Shown one piece after another: positions 9,266-22,133 of a DNA stretch of 64,000 nucleotides. How positions within the stretch are numbered: position 1 is the first letter of the stretch; each line of letters opens with the position of its first letter. Source of the DNA: Nemertoderma westbladi (Eukaryota; Animalia; Xenacoelomorpha); the NCBI GenBank assembly GCA_032718475.1, contig JAUCBJ010008661.1, forward strand, positions 62,001 through 126,000, read 5' to 3'. The notes under the pieces are model-generated. The model saw only the letters and a list, made by a program, of their open reading frames with translations. It made no database searches and was not told the DNA's origin. A program made the position numbers and the translations under genes.

Positions 9266-9550
9266 GGGGGGGGGGGGGGGGGAACTGGACGCAATAAAAA
9301 TTCATCCCTCACTGGGGGAAATTCGACGCAAATAACAGCTGATTACTCTCAAATATAAAACTGTAACCTGTTCTATTGTGTTTAGTTTATTGTTTTGATT
9401 AAAATAACGTGCCACTGTAACCTGGTCCTTTCCCTAAATTGAGAAATTAACATTGAGGCGGGATATTAATTCGCCAAGGCGAGTTTTGCGTCCACCCCCC
9501 CCCCCCCCCCCCCCCCCCCTGTGCGTGACATAATTTATGAATGCCCCCTA
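9266..9550. mobile_element. Probable MITE remnant with G-run and C-run inverted ends
   Basis: G17..TGGACGCAA pairs with TTGCGTCCA-C25, followed by GCGTGACATAATTTATGAATGCCCCCTA, which resembles a common MITE terminus. The inner ~45 bp (9355-9398) recur inverted at ~28416-28458. Confidence 0.4.
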
Positions 9551-10083
9551 GGCACCTTTTATGGGGAGATACTCGTATCTATACCGCCTTAAAACGACTC
9601 GACCTGGTATCTTATAAACTGCTAGATCGGTATATCACAAATAATAAATAACAAGAATATAATAAAACGTATGACAATATTTGAGTATTTCACTTACATT
9701 AAAGTACGGCCAAAATTATAGATTCATCTTGATGTTTCATTAAAAATTGGAAGAATATAACACCCGTACAGTCACCATATATTCCGAAGTCAATACAATT
9801 TTATATTTTCAAATTACATGGTTGAGACGTACTAATCTTTCTAAGTGCCTCCTTAAAACTTGGTATACCCTCTAAAACTAAGTAGTTGTACATATAAATA
9901 CATTCAAAGCCCTTGCTAGAAACTTTCTAAGCTTTCAAAGTATATGCATAAAACTTGCTATACTTAGTAGAACTACGTAGTTGCACTTAGAGATATGTTA
10001 AGTACTTACAACATACTTGGTCCACACCATTGCTAAAACTTAAAAGGCTAGCTTTGCAAATATCGCAAGTTATTTAAATAGGG

Positions 10084-10301
10084 AGATTTCGTCATCTAAG
10101 CCACACTGTATTAAGAGTATTTTGGCGTATTGCGGCATAAAATGGCTTGTTATGTCCGCTAAAGTAAACATACAGAAAAATGGCTTTTTATTTCCGCTAA
10201 AACACCTACACAGTAAGAAAAACGGCTTTTTATGTCCGCTAAAACACCTACAGAGTACAGAGCGGGGAAAATGACTAGTTATATCCGCAAAAGCCTTTAC
10301 A
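10084..10301 (-). repeat. Truncated 3' LTR of copy B (first 218 bp)
   Basis: Matches 19580-19797 with ~5 mismatches counted by eye; preceded by the PPT. Confidence 0.92.
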
Positions 10302-10377
10302 CCGCTCCCAGAAAATGTGATTTAATTCTATAATATAAAAAATCACAGTTTCTAAAATATAAAAATACTCTAAACAG

Positions 10378-11912
10378 TTAGTCTTTCTTATGCGAACGGC
10401 GTTTACGCAGTTTTTTGAGGCTAGCAAGAGTCCCTTTCTCTTTGGGGCGAGCCACTTTACTAGGAGGGCTATAACTCCTGGGTGAAGGGTGCAATACAAT
10501 TGCGGTCGGTGTATCGGTCGGTCGAGGTACCCGGTTGATCGGTATCAACCTCAGTGGAACGAGGTCGAACAACCTTTAGAGCGCGTTTTAAGACAGCAGC
10601 TCTTACTGGTCCCTGACGGGTCGTTTGCACGAAAGCGGTAGGTGGACCGTGTGTAGTGAGAAATTTCCTCGGTTTGATGATTCTTTCCAACTCGCGTTCT
10701 CGGGCTCTATCGGAATCGATATGCCTCTCCTCGAGCTGATTTTCCTCCGCTTATCGTTGGAAGCATTCGTCCAAAACTCTTGCAGAAAGTAGAGTCGTCC
10801 AAGTTCGATATCTTCTTAGAGATTCTGGATTTCCTGATCGAACTTAGATAACGCTAATTCGTTTACCGCTTGGACTTGCTGCTGCAATTTACGTTTTCCT
10901 AAACAATTGTAGGTTCCTTTTCCGATCTTTTGACGAATAGTGTCCAACGCGTTTCGTACAACTCTCTCCTCCACCTCGGTGACAGGTTGTATCGGGTTAA
11001 ACCGGGACGATGATACGGTTGAATGGCGATATTAGATGTCCGCGTCCCAATCCGGCTAGGTAAGATGGGCGAATATTTAGGGAGCCCACAACCGGAGTGC
11101 CACCGACTAATTGTTCGGATAACACTAGATCTTTGAACAGTGAGTACAGTTCGGGAGGATACGTGATACTATTAGGATCAAGAGTCTGAGGTCTCACTAG
11201 GGAGTGAGGAGGTCTGACCGAGTATTCCGGAACTCTGATCATAGGTTTATTTAAGGATCGTTTGAGTCAAGCGAGCGTAGGTGATACATCGAACAAGTTT
11301 CACTCGAAACTCCCGTAAATATAGCGAGTAAAACTGTGCTTAGAGCAACGTCTCCGCGGATGTTTATGTCTTTCCGTTTGTTGGTTGGGTCTTGGGCATT
11401 CATCGCAATAATACCAAAGACGCAGGGGATACCGTAGCGGAAACGCGGGTGATCTTTCTTCAGTTTTACAATGTTTCTCTCAAGAATTCCAAATAAATGT
11501 TGGAGTCACCGCGTTTATCCGGTTCTTTAAAGTCTTCTCTTTCGAGTCGATTTCGAATAGAATTTTCGCATTCGATTCTCAGTTTATCGTTCCGACTCAG
11601 ATGGGTATGATATTTAAATAGGACTATTTCCCTTTTGGTGTCGACATCGTCCATATCGTGTAAATCGATAGGATGACCAGTAGTTAAGAAGTCCATATGC
11701 GTATCATTACGATGCGTATAGCGAGCAGTGAATTTTCGATAGTCCAATTCACGAGTGAGTTGCTCCTGGGACATTGGCGGTTCGATATAACGACCATCGT
11801 TCTCCGTAGTAGTTGGACTAGCGTCGCCGCGTATTAAGCTATCAATAAACGCTTGCAACGGTAGAGTATATCGCTCCCTGATACCAAGATCATCTTCTAT
11901 CAACTCAATCAT
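10378..11912 (-). pseudogene. Decayed accessory ORF of copy B
   Basis: Fragments MIELIEDDLGIRERY..., MIRVPEYSVRPPH... and ...KKLRKRRSHKKD match copy A. A ~2.5-kb deletion at ~10707 removes the exonuclease and zinc-knuckle regions, and there is a smaller deletion at ~11465. Confidence 0.92.
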
Positions 11913-11949
11913 AGCTGCTATATGAGTTTATCAATATTATAATTAGTTA

Positions 11950-13420
11950 TAATTAGGCTAGCGGGCGTCGCTGCCTACCCCTCACGGCCCCCGGACAGTG
12001 CAAGATCCTCAGCGCTGATGTACTGTCGCCGCTGTGCCTATCGCCAACATAGTAGCTGCACAACGACAACAACAACTAGCGCGAGTCACTCCACTGTCCG
12101 TCCCAAGGGCTTAGATTTACTTCAGGTTCTTACTGCAGAGGTAGAACTACTTTCACAACTGCGACTCGCTACTGTAAACACACTTTAGTAGTAACATTCA
12201 CCTATAAACGCACAAATTCCACACAACTGTCACAAACCGCACACATTCGGGCCATTTGTCCTTTAGTCAAGTGCCTTCCAGAATGCCACGTTATTATTAT
12301 GTATCCTTGGATACTAGCAGTGTGCTATTTATTCCTTATGCTATTCAATGGGGCAAGCTTTATTGTTCTTTTAACTCACTTCTAATTCTAGCATGGTTGT
12401 TGCCATGGTGACATTATGTAAAGCTAGCAGTAGAATTAGGGTAATTCCCATGCATACAGATCTGGGATGCTATTTAATAGTAATTCTTTAATTGTCAATA
12501 TTCCTCTTTATACATGATTTTATGAATTTTATCGGCTATTGACTATATATTGGAGATTCTCGCACACTAATATACTTAATAGGGTGAATCTCCGCTCCCA
12601 TGATCTATTAATTAATGGAATTTTGGGAATGTTATAAATTGTATAAAAATGACAATTTATCAAATTCATTAAAAGAGATGAATTTAAATTTATTCCCGTA
12701 AATTTTATTATTTAATGTTGGAATAAGCACAATTTTATTCCAGAGCATGTCTGGGGACTGGGATCCTTGATTCTAGGGAATTTGTCCTTTTAAGAGTATC
12801 GGTAAGTGCTACGATATCTTAATCGACTAGAAATTTAAAGGATCTAAATTTTAACAGATTTTAATTTATATATTTTCTAGAGTTAACTTGTAAGTATTTA
12901 CTCTATTGTATTTGTTTGACAGATTTTATAAATATTAATAGTTAATATTTAAGATGGGCACCGATTTATTCCAGAACATGTCTGGGGACGTTAGCCACTG
13001 ATTCTAGAATTTTGTCTTTCAAGTATATCGGTGGGTGCCGCGATATCTTAATCGACTAGAATTGCAGATGGTCAAAGGGTACAACAGATTTATTTTGCGT
13101 TTTACGCTACTGTTAAAGGGACATCACGCTACTATATGTATTATTTAATATCCGGTAGGAGAGCAATATTGTAAGAAGCAATGTCAGTGAGAAGAGGCAA
13201 GTCGTTTCCAAGGTCTACCCAGAGCTTGGTTTAGCCGAGACACGAGGATCTGAACTTTGCATTCCTAATACTCTACTTACCAATAATACTTGAGTATAGT
13301 AGGAGCTTTATTGTACTTTAATAAGTACGGATATTTCATCTTACTGTAGTCACGTATTTATAATATGATACGGACAGTAAGGAAAGAGAAAAAGAATTAT
13401 TTCTCGCCGTCGCACTAAAT
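11950..13420 (-). ncRNA. Copy B version of the conserved structured spacer
   Basis: Colinear with 2090-3480; stems are retained while loops vary. Confidence 0.6.
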
Positions 13421-13613
13421 ATATATAATATAAGTAATTAAGTAATAAGACTAATATATATTGCACTAATCTACTAGATAATCACTAAAACAGCATTCTA
13501 CTAAATAAAATTAAAGAAAACGATTATAATAAGAGTACATAATAATACATACATAAATATAAAATAATAAAAATATATGAAATAATATATTCACACACCC
13601 ACTCCAGACGCTG

Positions 13614-16600
13614 TTACGTTGGGGAGTCCCTGGATGTTTGTTGGATTAGGGAGGTGGTCGTGGGAAGAGTATCTTGCCTTCCATAGTTTCCGGACAGTTC
13701 TCAGTCTCTTTCCAGTAAACATAAACGACCAACTGGGCGATTGAGTTGTTGTGTTTCGAACACAATTCCAGGTTTCTTAAAGTTACGTCGCATGATGACG
13801 AGTTCTACCGATCGCACCAAACCATCATCTGAGATATGAGTCTCGATGATACGACCTGTCTGCCACCGCTTACGTGGAAGATCTGATTCCACAATAAGGA
13901 CCATGTCTCCGGCGCTGACGTTTTCTTGCTGCGCAAACCACTTGGTTCAAAGTTGTAGCGTAGGCAGATAATGTTTTTCGAAATGGTCAGCGAAACGACG
14001 GGATAATAACTGCATAAGTTGCCAAGTTTGTCGGCAGTATTCGTCTCCGTCCGTGATTTCCGATCGTGGGAGCATGGCTACAGGTTTCTTCAGTAGGAAG
14101 TGCGCGGGTGTTAGCGCTTCCAGGGAGTCGTGACTCAATGAGACTGGCATAAGCGGTCTTTCGTTAAGATAGGCGGCGATTTCTTCCATTAACGTCCGCA
14201 AAAGTTCGTCGGTGAGATACGCGCGGCACGGCACTATAAAGTGAAATGCGGTCTTCACGCTTCTTATTAATCTCTCCCAACTTCCTCCCCACCAAGGGGC
14301 GTCGGCGGCGTTGAAGGTCCAGCTAGAAGCTGTTACCCTTAGCTGATCGTCCACCTGTCTTTGGTTCCAATCTTTGACGTAAGCCTTGATTTCATTGTTG
14401 GCGCCAATGAAGTTCGTTCCCTTATCAGATCTCATCGTGTTGCTAGTTCCAAAGCGAGCGATCTGTCGGCGTAGACTCAGTATAAAACTGTTGGTAGATA
14501 GATCGTTCACCATATCTAAATGGATCGCTCTACAAGTCATACAGACAAAGATGACACACCATCGCTTGACTATAGTCCTGGCACGATATACTTCAATAGG
14601 GCCAAATAAATCCACACTGGTATTAGTAAAGGGTGGTTCATAGAAGCTTACTCGTTCCCTAGGTAATTCTGCCTCTCGCTGTGTTAAAGGCCTACTGAAT
14701 GCTTTCCTACAGGGTATACAGTTCCTAAGAACTTGGTTCAGAGCTCTACGGGGTTTATGAAAATAATAGCGACTTCGAATTTCGCTAAGAACTCGTTCTC
14801 TACCAGCATGGTAAAGCTTACTGTGAACATCTACAATCATCTTGATTTGTATTTCAAGATTTCTAATGAGTATGGGAAACTTAGTGTCAAAGGATAATGG
14901 AGCATTAGTTAGTCTCCCTCCAACGCGTATTAACCCATCTATCATTGTGCTAGAGAAACGATCCCTTAAGCGCATCTGTGGATTTCTCAACCACAGGAAA
15001 TACTTATCGGAATCCTCATAGCATTGCAGGAGTCTCAGTATCTGCTTATTGGTTTCTTCATGCTCCTGGTAACTGATCATCTCCTTCAGAAATCTGTCTG
15101 ATATCTTGTATTTGGGAAGATCTTTAACAACATGGACCTGCGCAGATGTCAGTGGAGCGGTATCACTAGCGATCTTCATCCTGGAGTAGTGATGATGAAA
15201 ACATCGCTTTAAATAAGCAACGGCCTTACAAAGCCGATTCCAGGAGCTATAGTGATGTATCGCTCTCTGCAGGAGAGGTGAGAGTCCTTGCGAGACGTCT
15301 GGTGTTCCAGATTTCCAATCTCTCTCCCTGATTTCCACAACAGACTTATTTGTGGCTGGGGATTTTGGATCCAAAGCGTCGTCTCCGGAAGTGTGTAGTA
15401 CAGACAGATCTATCACGGGTTTAAATAACTTCGATTTACTCGCCCGGGTTTTAGGTTTGACTTTCTCCGCTCCCTTGGCTTGTCTAATCTCCGCCGTGGT
15501 AAGATGAGGAGGCCATTCATCTTCTTCCTTGCTTAGGAAGTCGGGTCCACCTAACCAGTCTGGAGTATCTATCAGTTCTTGTGGAGTTGCTCCCCTGGAG
15601 GCGATGTCGGCTGGATTAATCGTCCCAGGGCAATGTCTCCATTGATCTATCTTCGTGCGACTGTGGAAGTATAATGGCTACTCTGTTGGTAACGAAGACG
15701 CTGAACTGACAGACTTCATTGGTTATATACTCCAACACGAGTAAAGCATCGGTCCAATAGACAGTTTTCTCCAGTGGATAGTCGATCTGTTCTGTTACAT
15801 TCCGGCCGATGGCTGTAGCGTATAGAGCCGCTTTTAACTCCGCTCGAGGAACTTTCAACTTGTTGTTTATCAAGGCCTTAGAGGTAACCAAGGCGACCTT
15901 AATTCCATCCGGAGTTTCAACCCTCAGGTAGGCTACTATACCTATTCCCATGTCGCTGGCGTCTCCAAACACATGGAGTTGATAGGAATACATAAGGAGA
16001 ACGTGACCAAAATAAGAACGGGAAATCGTAAAATTCTCGATGGATGGTAGAGAATCTTCCCATTTCATCCACTTCTTTAATAGTTCTCCCTTAAGTGGAT
16101 TGTCCCACGAGTGGTTTTCAAGCCACATTTGTTGTACTAGACTCCGAGCAATCAATATAACTGGGCTAATAAATCCCAATGGATCGAAATAAGTGCTCAG
16201 GATACTTAGACAAATCCGTTTAGTTCGAATTGGATTATCTCGCTGTTTTAGCTGGAAAAACAGGATATCTCTCTCCGTGTCCCATTTCAAACCAAGCGTC
16301 TTGGTTTCTGGAAGATCGTCCTTGATAAGGTCTAGATCTTTAACTCCTCGGTCTTCTACCGGGATCGATTCCAGAAATTCACGGGAGTTACTGGTGAATT
16401 TAGTTAATCGAAATCCACCTCTTTTCAAGCACTCTACCGTTCCCTTGGCGACATCAATGGCTTCTTCCACCGATGGGAGGGACTTTAAATTGTCGTCCAT
16501 GTATATATCCCGTTTGATGTTGTCGATAACCTCTTTGGAGAAGGCGTCCCGGTGGTCATCAGCAGTGGTGCGCACTACTGAGCAGGCGTTTGAAGGGCTC

Positions 16601-18552
16601 GAGATGATCCCAAAAGCTTGGATGGTCATCCAGTACTCCACCGGTTTCTGGTTGAGGTCTCCTTCAGGCCACCACAGAAATCGTAGGCTGCCCGATCCCT
16701 ATCCAGCGCCTTAACTTGTAAGAACATGCCTTCTATATCGGAGGCGAAAGCGATCGAATATTGTCGTAATCTTAAGAGTATTCCCAACAAGGATTGGAGT
16801 AAGTTGGGTCCCGGCAACAACTCGGAGTTAAGGGATTGGCCCATGTAGAGGGCGGAGCCGTCAAATACTACCCGGACTTCGTTGGGTTTACCGGGTTTGG
16901 GAACGTAATGATGTGTTAAATAGTACGTTCTCTCAGTTATAGGTGTTTCTTCCGGTACTCGCTCCGCATATCCCTTGTCAATGAATTTCTTCAGCTGGGT
17001 CTTGTACATCTCCTTAGCTGAAGCATTTGCCGTAAGGTGTCGATGTAGTTGCGCAATTCTCTTCTCCGCCAAGGGTCGGTTGTTTATAAAATTGGGTTCT
17101 CACCGTCGGAAAGGCCGACCAATCTCATACCTACCTTGATCTTTAAGAAAACGGGTAGTCGTTTCCTGTATCTGCTTGGCTCTTTCCTCTTCTACCGATA
17201 GGGCCTTATCGTAGGAATTGGGCTCTACAGCCTCTTGAGTAAAGAATCGTACGCCGTGTTCATCGCGAGTCTTCGCATTGTAACGATCTATCACTTCATT
17301 CAGTTCGTCGTTGTAATCGACTTGTCCCGCTGGATGGATGAGGTGACACAGGTTCACTTGGTTTTGCCAAGTTTCATTTTCCGTAAGGAGGTTGATGGTA
17401 TTCTCCTCTTCGAATAGTTGATGTATATCGTCATTATCTGAGGAGTATGGTGTTCCCTCAGGTGTGTCGTCTCCCTCACTGATTTCCTCTTCCCATTCAC
17501 TCACCTGGTAGACCTGTTCTTTAGGTAGCCTTTCCATGAGAGTTCTACGGGAAGGTCCAGTAAAGTACCAACCTACTCTAGTTCTTCCCGCATAGGTTTG
17601 CAATGGTTGCGGTTGAGCAGGCCGTTTCTCTAATGTCTCAAGCGCCTCATGCGCATTTTGGCTGATGAGTATTTGTACCCCTGGGTAGTCGGTGTTGAAT
17701 CTAGGTATCTCATGCTGCTGGGTGAAATCGTCTTCATCCCAGTTATAAGGTTCCACTTGGCTGGTAACGAAGTTCTTTATCGCCACCATTTTTACTGACC
17801 TTATACTGTGTTCTCCTAGTTCATCCTGGGGGGTGGACAACGCGCCTACATAGTAGTCTGTAGCTACTGTAGATTTCCAAACCTGCATAATTCCTGAAAG
17901 GTTCAACTTAGTTCGGAACTTGGGTTGTCCAGCAAATATGTCTTCGGCTAGTTCTTTGTCGATGAATGTTCCTGTGCTGCCAGAGTCAAGGAGGGCGTTC
18001 ACTTTATAGCTCCTTTTTAACCCATGGACTCTCAACTGCACTACGGGAAATTCTCGGATTCCTACGTTGGAAGTTGGCGCTTTCCAAGATGGTTGTCGGT
18101 CAGGAATAGTTAGGGGGAGCTCACTATCGGTTTCAGTCTCATACGTAAGTGCTCGATACACTGCGGTGTTTATTAGATAACAGGATTCGTTTTCGTCGGA
18201 GAATTCATCCGTGTAGAATCCTTCCATCTCAGAACTGTGGTCAGTGTCGTTCACATCACTGAATTGGACATGTAGTTCGGACTCACTTACCTGACTCGGG
18301 CTGTTTCTTTCGAATTCGGTCTGCAATAAGATATGATGTTTCGCGCCGCACTTAGCACACCTTGCGTCGGAGTAACAGGTTCGCCGTTGGTGTCCTTGTC
18401 TGAGACAATTATAACACAACCGCTTCGCGTCTGTCTTTTAAGGATTTCTTTAAGAATTCCTCACACACACTTAAACGGTGGGGCCCGTCGCACAACGCAC
18501 ATTTTGGTTTGATGTTACTTACTTTACCTTGGGTAGTGTTGTGCACACTCGT
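13614..18552 (-). pseudogene. pol: BEL/Pao gag-pol remnant (three Zn knuckles, aspartic protease, RT, RNase H, integrase)
   Basis: Knuckles CALCDGPHRLSVC, CYNCLRQGHQRRTC and CAKCGAKHH; protease ALLDSGSTGTFI; RT RVVFDGS, SDIEGMFLQV and YMDD; RNase H HVFGDAS, PRAELKAA and YWTD; integrase as in copy A. Broken by several frameshifts and stops, and most of gag is missing. Confidence 0.93.
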
Positions 18553-18599
18553 TCACTTTATTGCCTACGTTGCAATAAAGAAACTAGAATAACTGTTAT

Positions 18600-19797
18600 T
18601 GTTCGCGCTTTTAGACCTTTAGCAGTTTAACCCGCTAATTTTAGGTGTCTTCTAGTTTATAAATCGACTTTAGCCTATAACAAGTATTCGTTGCATATAA
18701 GATATAAAGTTACATTAGCCGAAGCCAGCCTATGCGCGACCATTCACCCACAGTTAAGGGAGACTGGATTCGGAGGCTCTGACCTTATTGCGGTGTAGAC
18801 TTACTGTACTATTCGATTGATCGTTAATATATAATCTCTGACAAATATTATTTACTTTCGGGAAATATTAACAGTTCCTTTAGGACGTGGCGCTCTAAGT
18901 ATGTAAACAGAGTTATGACTTACACTAAACACAACGGGATGGCTAATGATTTTCGTATAAAGCGTATTCTTTAGGAAATGCTTTGTTATCTGTCACACTC
19001 ATGCACACTACCGCACACTGCTGCACACTGATCTGCCGACCTTCACTAAATTTGATCATATATAAGGAGAATAGCAACTGACACATGTAGGGATTATGAA
19101 ATAGCATTCAATTCACTCCAAAACCACTATAATGTAAGTCGCAGTTGCTACAGGTAACTGGTCCCTCTTACCTTCAGTATATCAAGAAGATTGGGGTTTT
19201 ATGATTATTTATCGATATTCTCCAAATATAACAACATATCCATCAACTTATCACAATTAATAACCGACAGTAAATAGCAGTAAAATAATGCGGTGAAAGG
19301 TATGTATAGTATGATATGGGCTGCGCCGTGTGTGCTGAGCCGTGATAACAGTTATACGTTCCTATAATCAAAGCCGTCGAATGTTTGGCTAAAGTCTGAA
19401 ACTAAGAATAATTCCAAAGCCGATGTTCTGGGCTCAGGAAAAGGTAAACAAAGACCGTCATGCATTGCGCGATTTCCCGTAGGCTTCTGTGCAAATAAAA
19501 TGAAAATCGCTCTGATTGGTCGAGTGAGCTGAACAAAGAGAGTTAAGAAAGCTCCACATCGACATCAAAATGAGCTGATAGATTTCGTCATCTAAGCCAC
19601 ACTGTATTAAGAGTATTTTGGCGTATTGCGGCATAAAATGGCTTGTTATGTCCGCTAAAGTACACATACAGAAAAATGGCTTTTTATGTCCGCTAAAACA
19701 CCTACACAGTAAGAAAAACGGCTTTTTATGTCCGCTAAAACACCTACAGAGTACTTTGCGGGGAAAATGACTAGTTATATCCGCAAAAGCCTTTACA
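18600..19797 (-). repeat. 5' LTR of copy B (1198 bp, TG...CA) with ~43-bp tandem repeats in U3 (~19635-19752)
   Basis: Element strand starts TGTAAAGGCTTTTGCGG and ends AAAGCGCGAACA. It contains three copies of AAAA(T/C)GGCTT(G/T)TTATGTCCGCTAAA. Confidence 0.9.
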
Positions 19798-19822
19798 CTA
19801 CCGGTAGGCGGGGTATAGCTAT

Positions 19823-21660
19823 TTTTATTTTTTTTTTTAAATATACACCCCAAGCGGGGTAAACTGGCTTTTTAATTAATCATTCAATATATAAAATAAA
19901 TAAAACTGAGGCATTATTTGGTAGTCTATAAATTACTAAAACAATCACCGGTATATATAATAGAATCACTCAGAGGCTAATTGTGCAGCAGAAGGGGAGG
20001 TTGGACAGTTAATAATATGGAGGCGGTCTTGGCAGCACTCGCCACAGAATATGCAAATACACTGCGGTGATAGGTCGTGGAATGAAGTTTTGGTCGTACA
20101 TAGTTTATGGTGGAACCCATGACAGGTTGCTCGCGTAATTACGTGTCGGTTTCGCTGGCCCGGGGCTGTCCAGCCCATTGATGTGAACGCCGGCCCTCTC
20201 CGATATCCCTCAGACTCGAATTTTGCAATCCTTTCCCTTCGAAAGGCAAAATATTGGTCAAGAACATCAGGCTTGAAACTAGCTTTTGTGTTGTTTTTCA
20301 GTATGTCCTCTATCTGTGTTCCTTCTCCTATAATATTCAGTGCCAAGGTTGACGAAGCGGTTTTGTGAAGGCCGAGTAAACGTTTTGCATATGTAGCTTT
20401 GATTTTGTCCAACTCCTGTAAATTATGTAGTTTTAGAAATCTGCTATAGGTAGGAAATGCGTATAGTACCATAGGTGAGATTTTGCCATTGTATATTTTC
20501 ATTGCTGTAGAAACTGAAAGTAATTGTAAATTCTTTAGGGATCCAATAATCTGGTAAGCGTTTTATTTTTTGGATTTAATGTGGTTTGTAAAGCATAGGC
20601 TCGATAGTATTGTTAATCCAAGGTATTCATATTCGTTTGCTAACAACACTGGGTTTCCGTTATAAGTGAACTTGTCAGTTTCCGATAGCCGACCGCCCTT
20701 TCTAAATTTAACTATTTTTGTTTTTTTCAGGTTAAGCTGCATTCCATTTGTTTGGCACCATTCGTATATAGCATCGAGAGATAGTTGAATTCCTTCTTTG
20801 CTCTTCGAATACACCACAAGGTCGTCAGCGAAAAAGATAAATTTAATCATGTGGTAGATATTTCTGAGGATATCAGCGAGATCGGCAACGTATAGTACAA
20901 AAGGCAGAGGAGATAAGCAGTCCCCCTGTAGGACGCCTCGGAGCTGGCGAATAACCTTGGACAGTTGGAGTCCGTCGTAGATCCGTATATAGTTATGAAG
21001 CAAGTCTTTTATGAGCTCGAATGTCTTCCCTTTGATTCCTAGATTATGTATCTTGCACAGAAGTTTCGCACGGGAAAGCATGTCAAATGCCTTCCTAAAG
21101 TCAATAAAAAGTGCATAGATTACCCGTTCTTTGCGCCTATTTGATTGCAATGCAGTGTATATGTCATCTAGAAATTTGGTGATCGCTTGTATAGTAGACT
21201 TTCCGGGTTGAAATCCAAACTGCTCGGGTGGAATGCCGTTTGAGAGAAATAATCGGATGCGTTTACTTAAAATCGATGTGAGTATCTTTAGACAAACGGA
21301 TATTAGCGCTATTCCACGGTAATTATCTGGGTCGGCAGTCGCACCTTTCCCCTTGTAGAGGATTTTGATAATGCTAACTCTCCACTTATCAGCAATCTTA
21401 CCACTATTTAGGCAGACATTGTATATAAGAGTGAGGTAGACAAGGATATAGGGTATTGCCTGCTTCAAGTGTTCGTAATAGACTCCATCATAACCTGCTG
21501 CCTTCTTTGTAGAGCTGTGATAAACCGACTCTATTACATCTTCACTATCTATTGGAGAGTTATACCATGCTTGTTCAAGCTTATCTTGTTCGGTTGTTTC
21601 AGGGATTTCTGGACAGTTTCCCGGAATGTTGTCTTCACCTAGTAGTGTGTTAAAATGTTT
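19823..21660 (-). mobile_element. 5'-truncated non-LTR retrotransposon (LINE; RT plus C-terminal CCHC), clade not determined
   Basis: RT motifs NYRGIAL, QFGF, FIDFRKAFD, QGDCLSP and FADD; C-terminal CIFC...HIINC; frameshift at the T-run near 20565; poly(A) at 19823-19838; 3' hairpin ACCCC-GCTT-GGGGT; TSD GTATAGCTAT at 19813-19822 and 21661-21670. Confidence 0.92.
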
Positions 21661-21869
21661 GTATAGCTATTAATAACCAGTAGGGCCTAGCTATATTATT
21701 ATAACATGGCTCCAAACGCCACCATAAATATAAGCTAACTTTTATATAACATAATTTATGTCATTTTTACATTTATTTTCACAGCAACTAATTTAATTTG
21801 TGCAGTTTCTATCACTTATAATATATATACAATAATTTCGTAATGTTACAATTTTGGAATAAAACTACA

Positions 21870-22006
21870 TACGTACTTGTTGCAAAGTACTCTACAGTGT
21901 TCTGATCCTCGTGGCTTTATTTTCACTCACTCACTAACGTTCGTTCGTGTAACAAAGCCACTCGGATCATCACACTGTAAAGTGCTACTTTACACACAAG
22001 TATGTA
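21870..22006. mobile_element. Small fold-back element (MITE-like hairpin)
   Basis: Arms TACGTACTTGT..ACAGTGT..TGATCC..GTGGCTTT and AAAGCCAC..GGATCA..ACACTGT..ACAAGTATGTA surround CACTCACTAACGTTCGTTCGTG. Confidence 0.6.
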
Positions 22007-22133
22007 AATAGGTATTACCCACGGTCTGCACTACATATTATACATACATACTGCACTGCACTTCAATGCAAATAAATGTATTACTAAAATGTATTACTGC
22101 GCTGTCAATCAACAAATCAACCAATCAATCATT

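Larger units (their letters stand above)
10084..19797 (-). mobile_element. BEL/Pao LTR retrotransposon, copy B (decayed; complete 5' LTR, truncated 3' LTR, internal deletions)
   Basis: Order is LTR, gag Zn knuckles, protease, RT, RNase H, integrase, spacer, accessory ORF remnant, PPT, LTR; multiple stops and frameshifts. Confidence 0.93.

Noticed and set aside
19458-19853. 131-aa ORF with repeated LCRCFSGHKKPF
   Set aside because: It arises from U3 tandem repeats and crosses the LTR boundary into the LINE poly(A).
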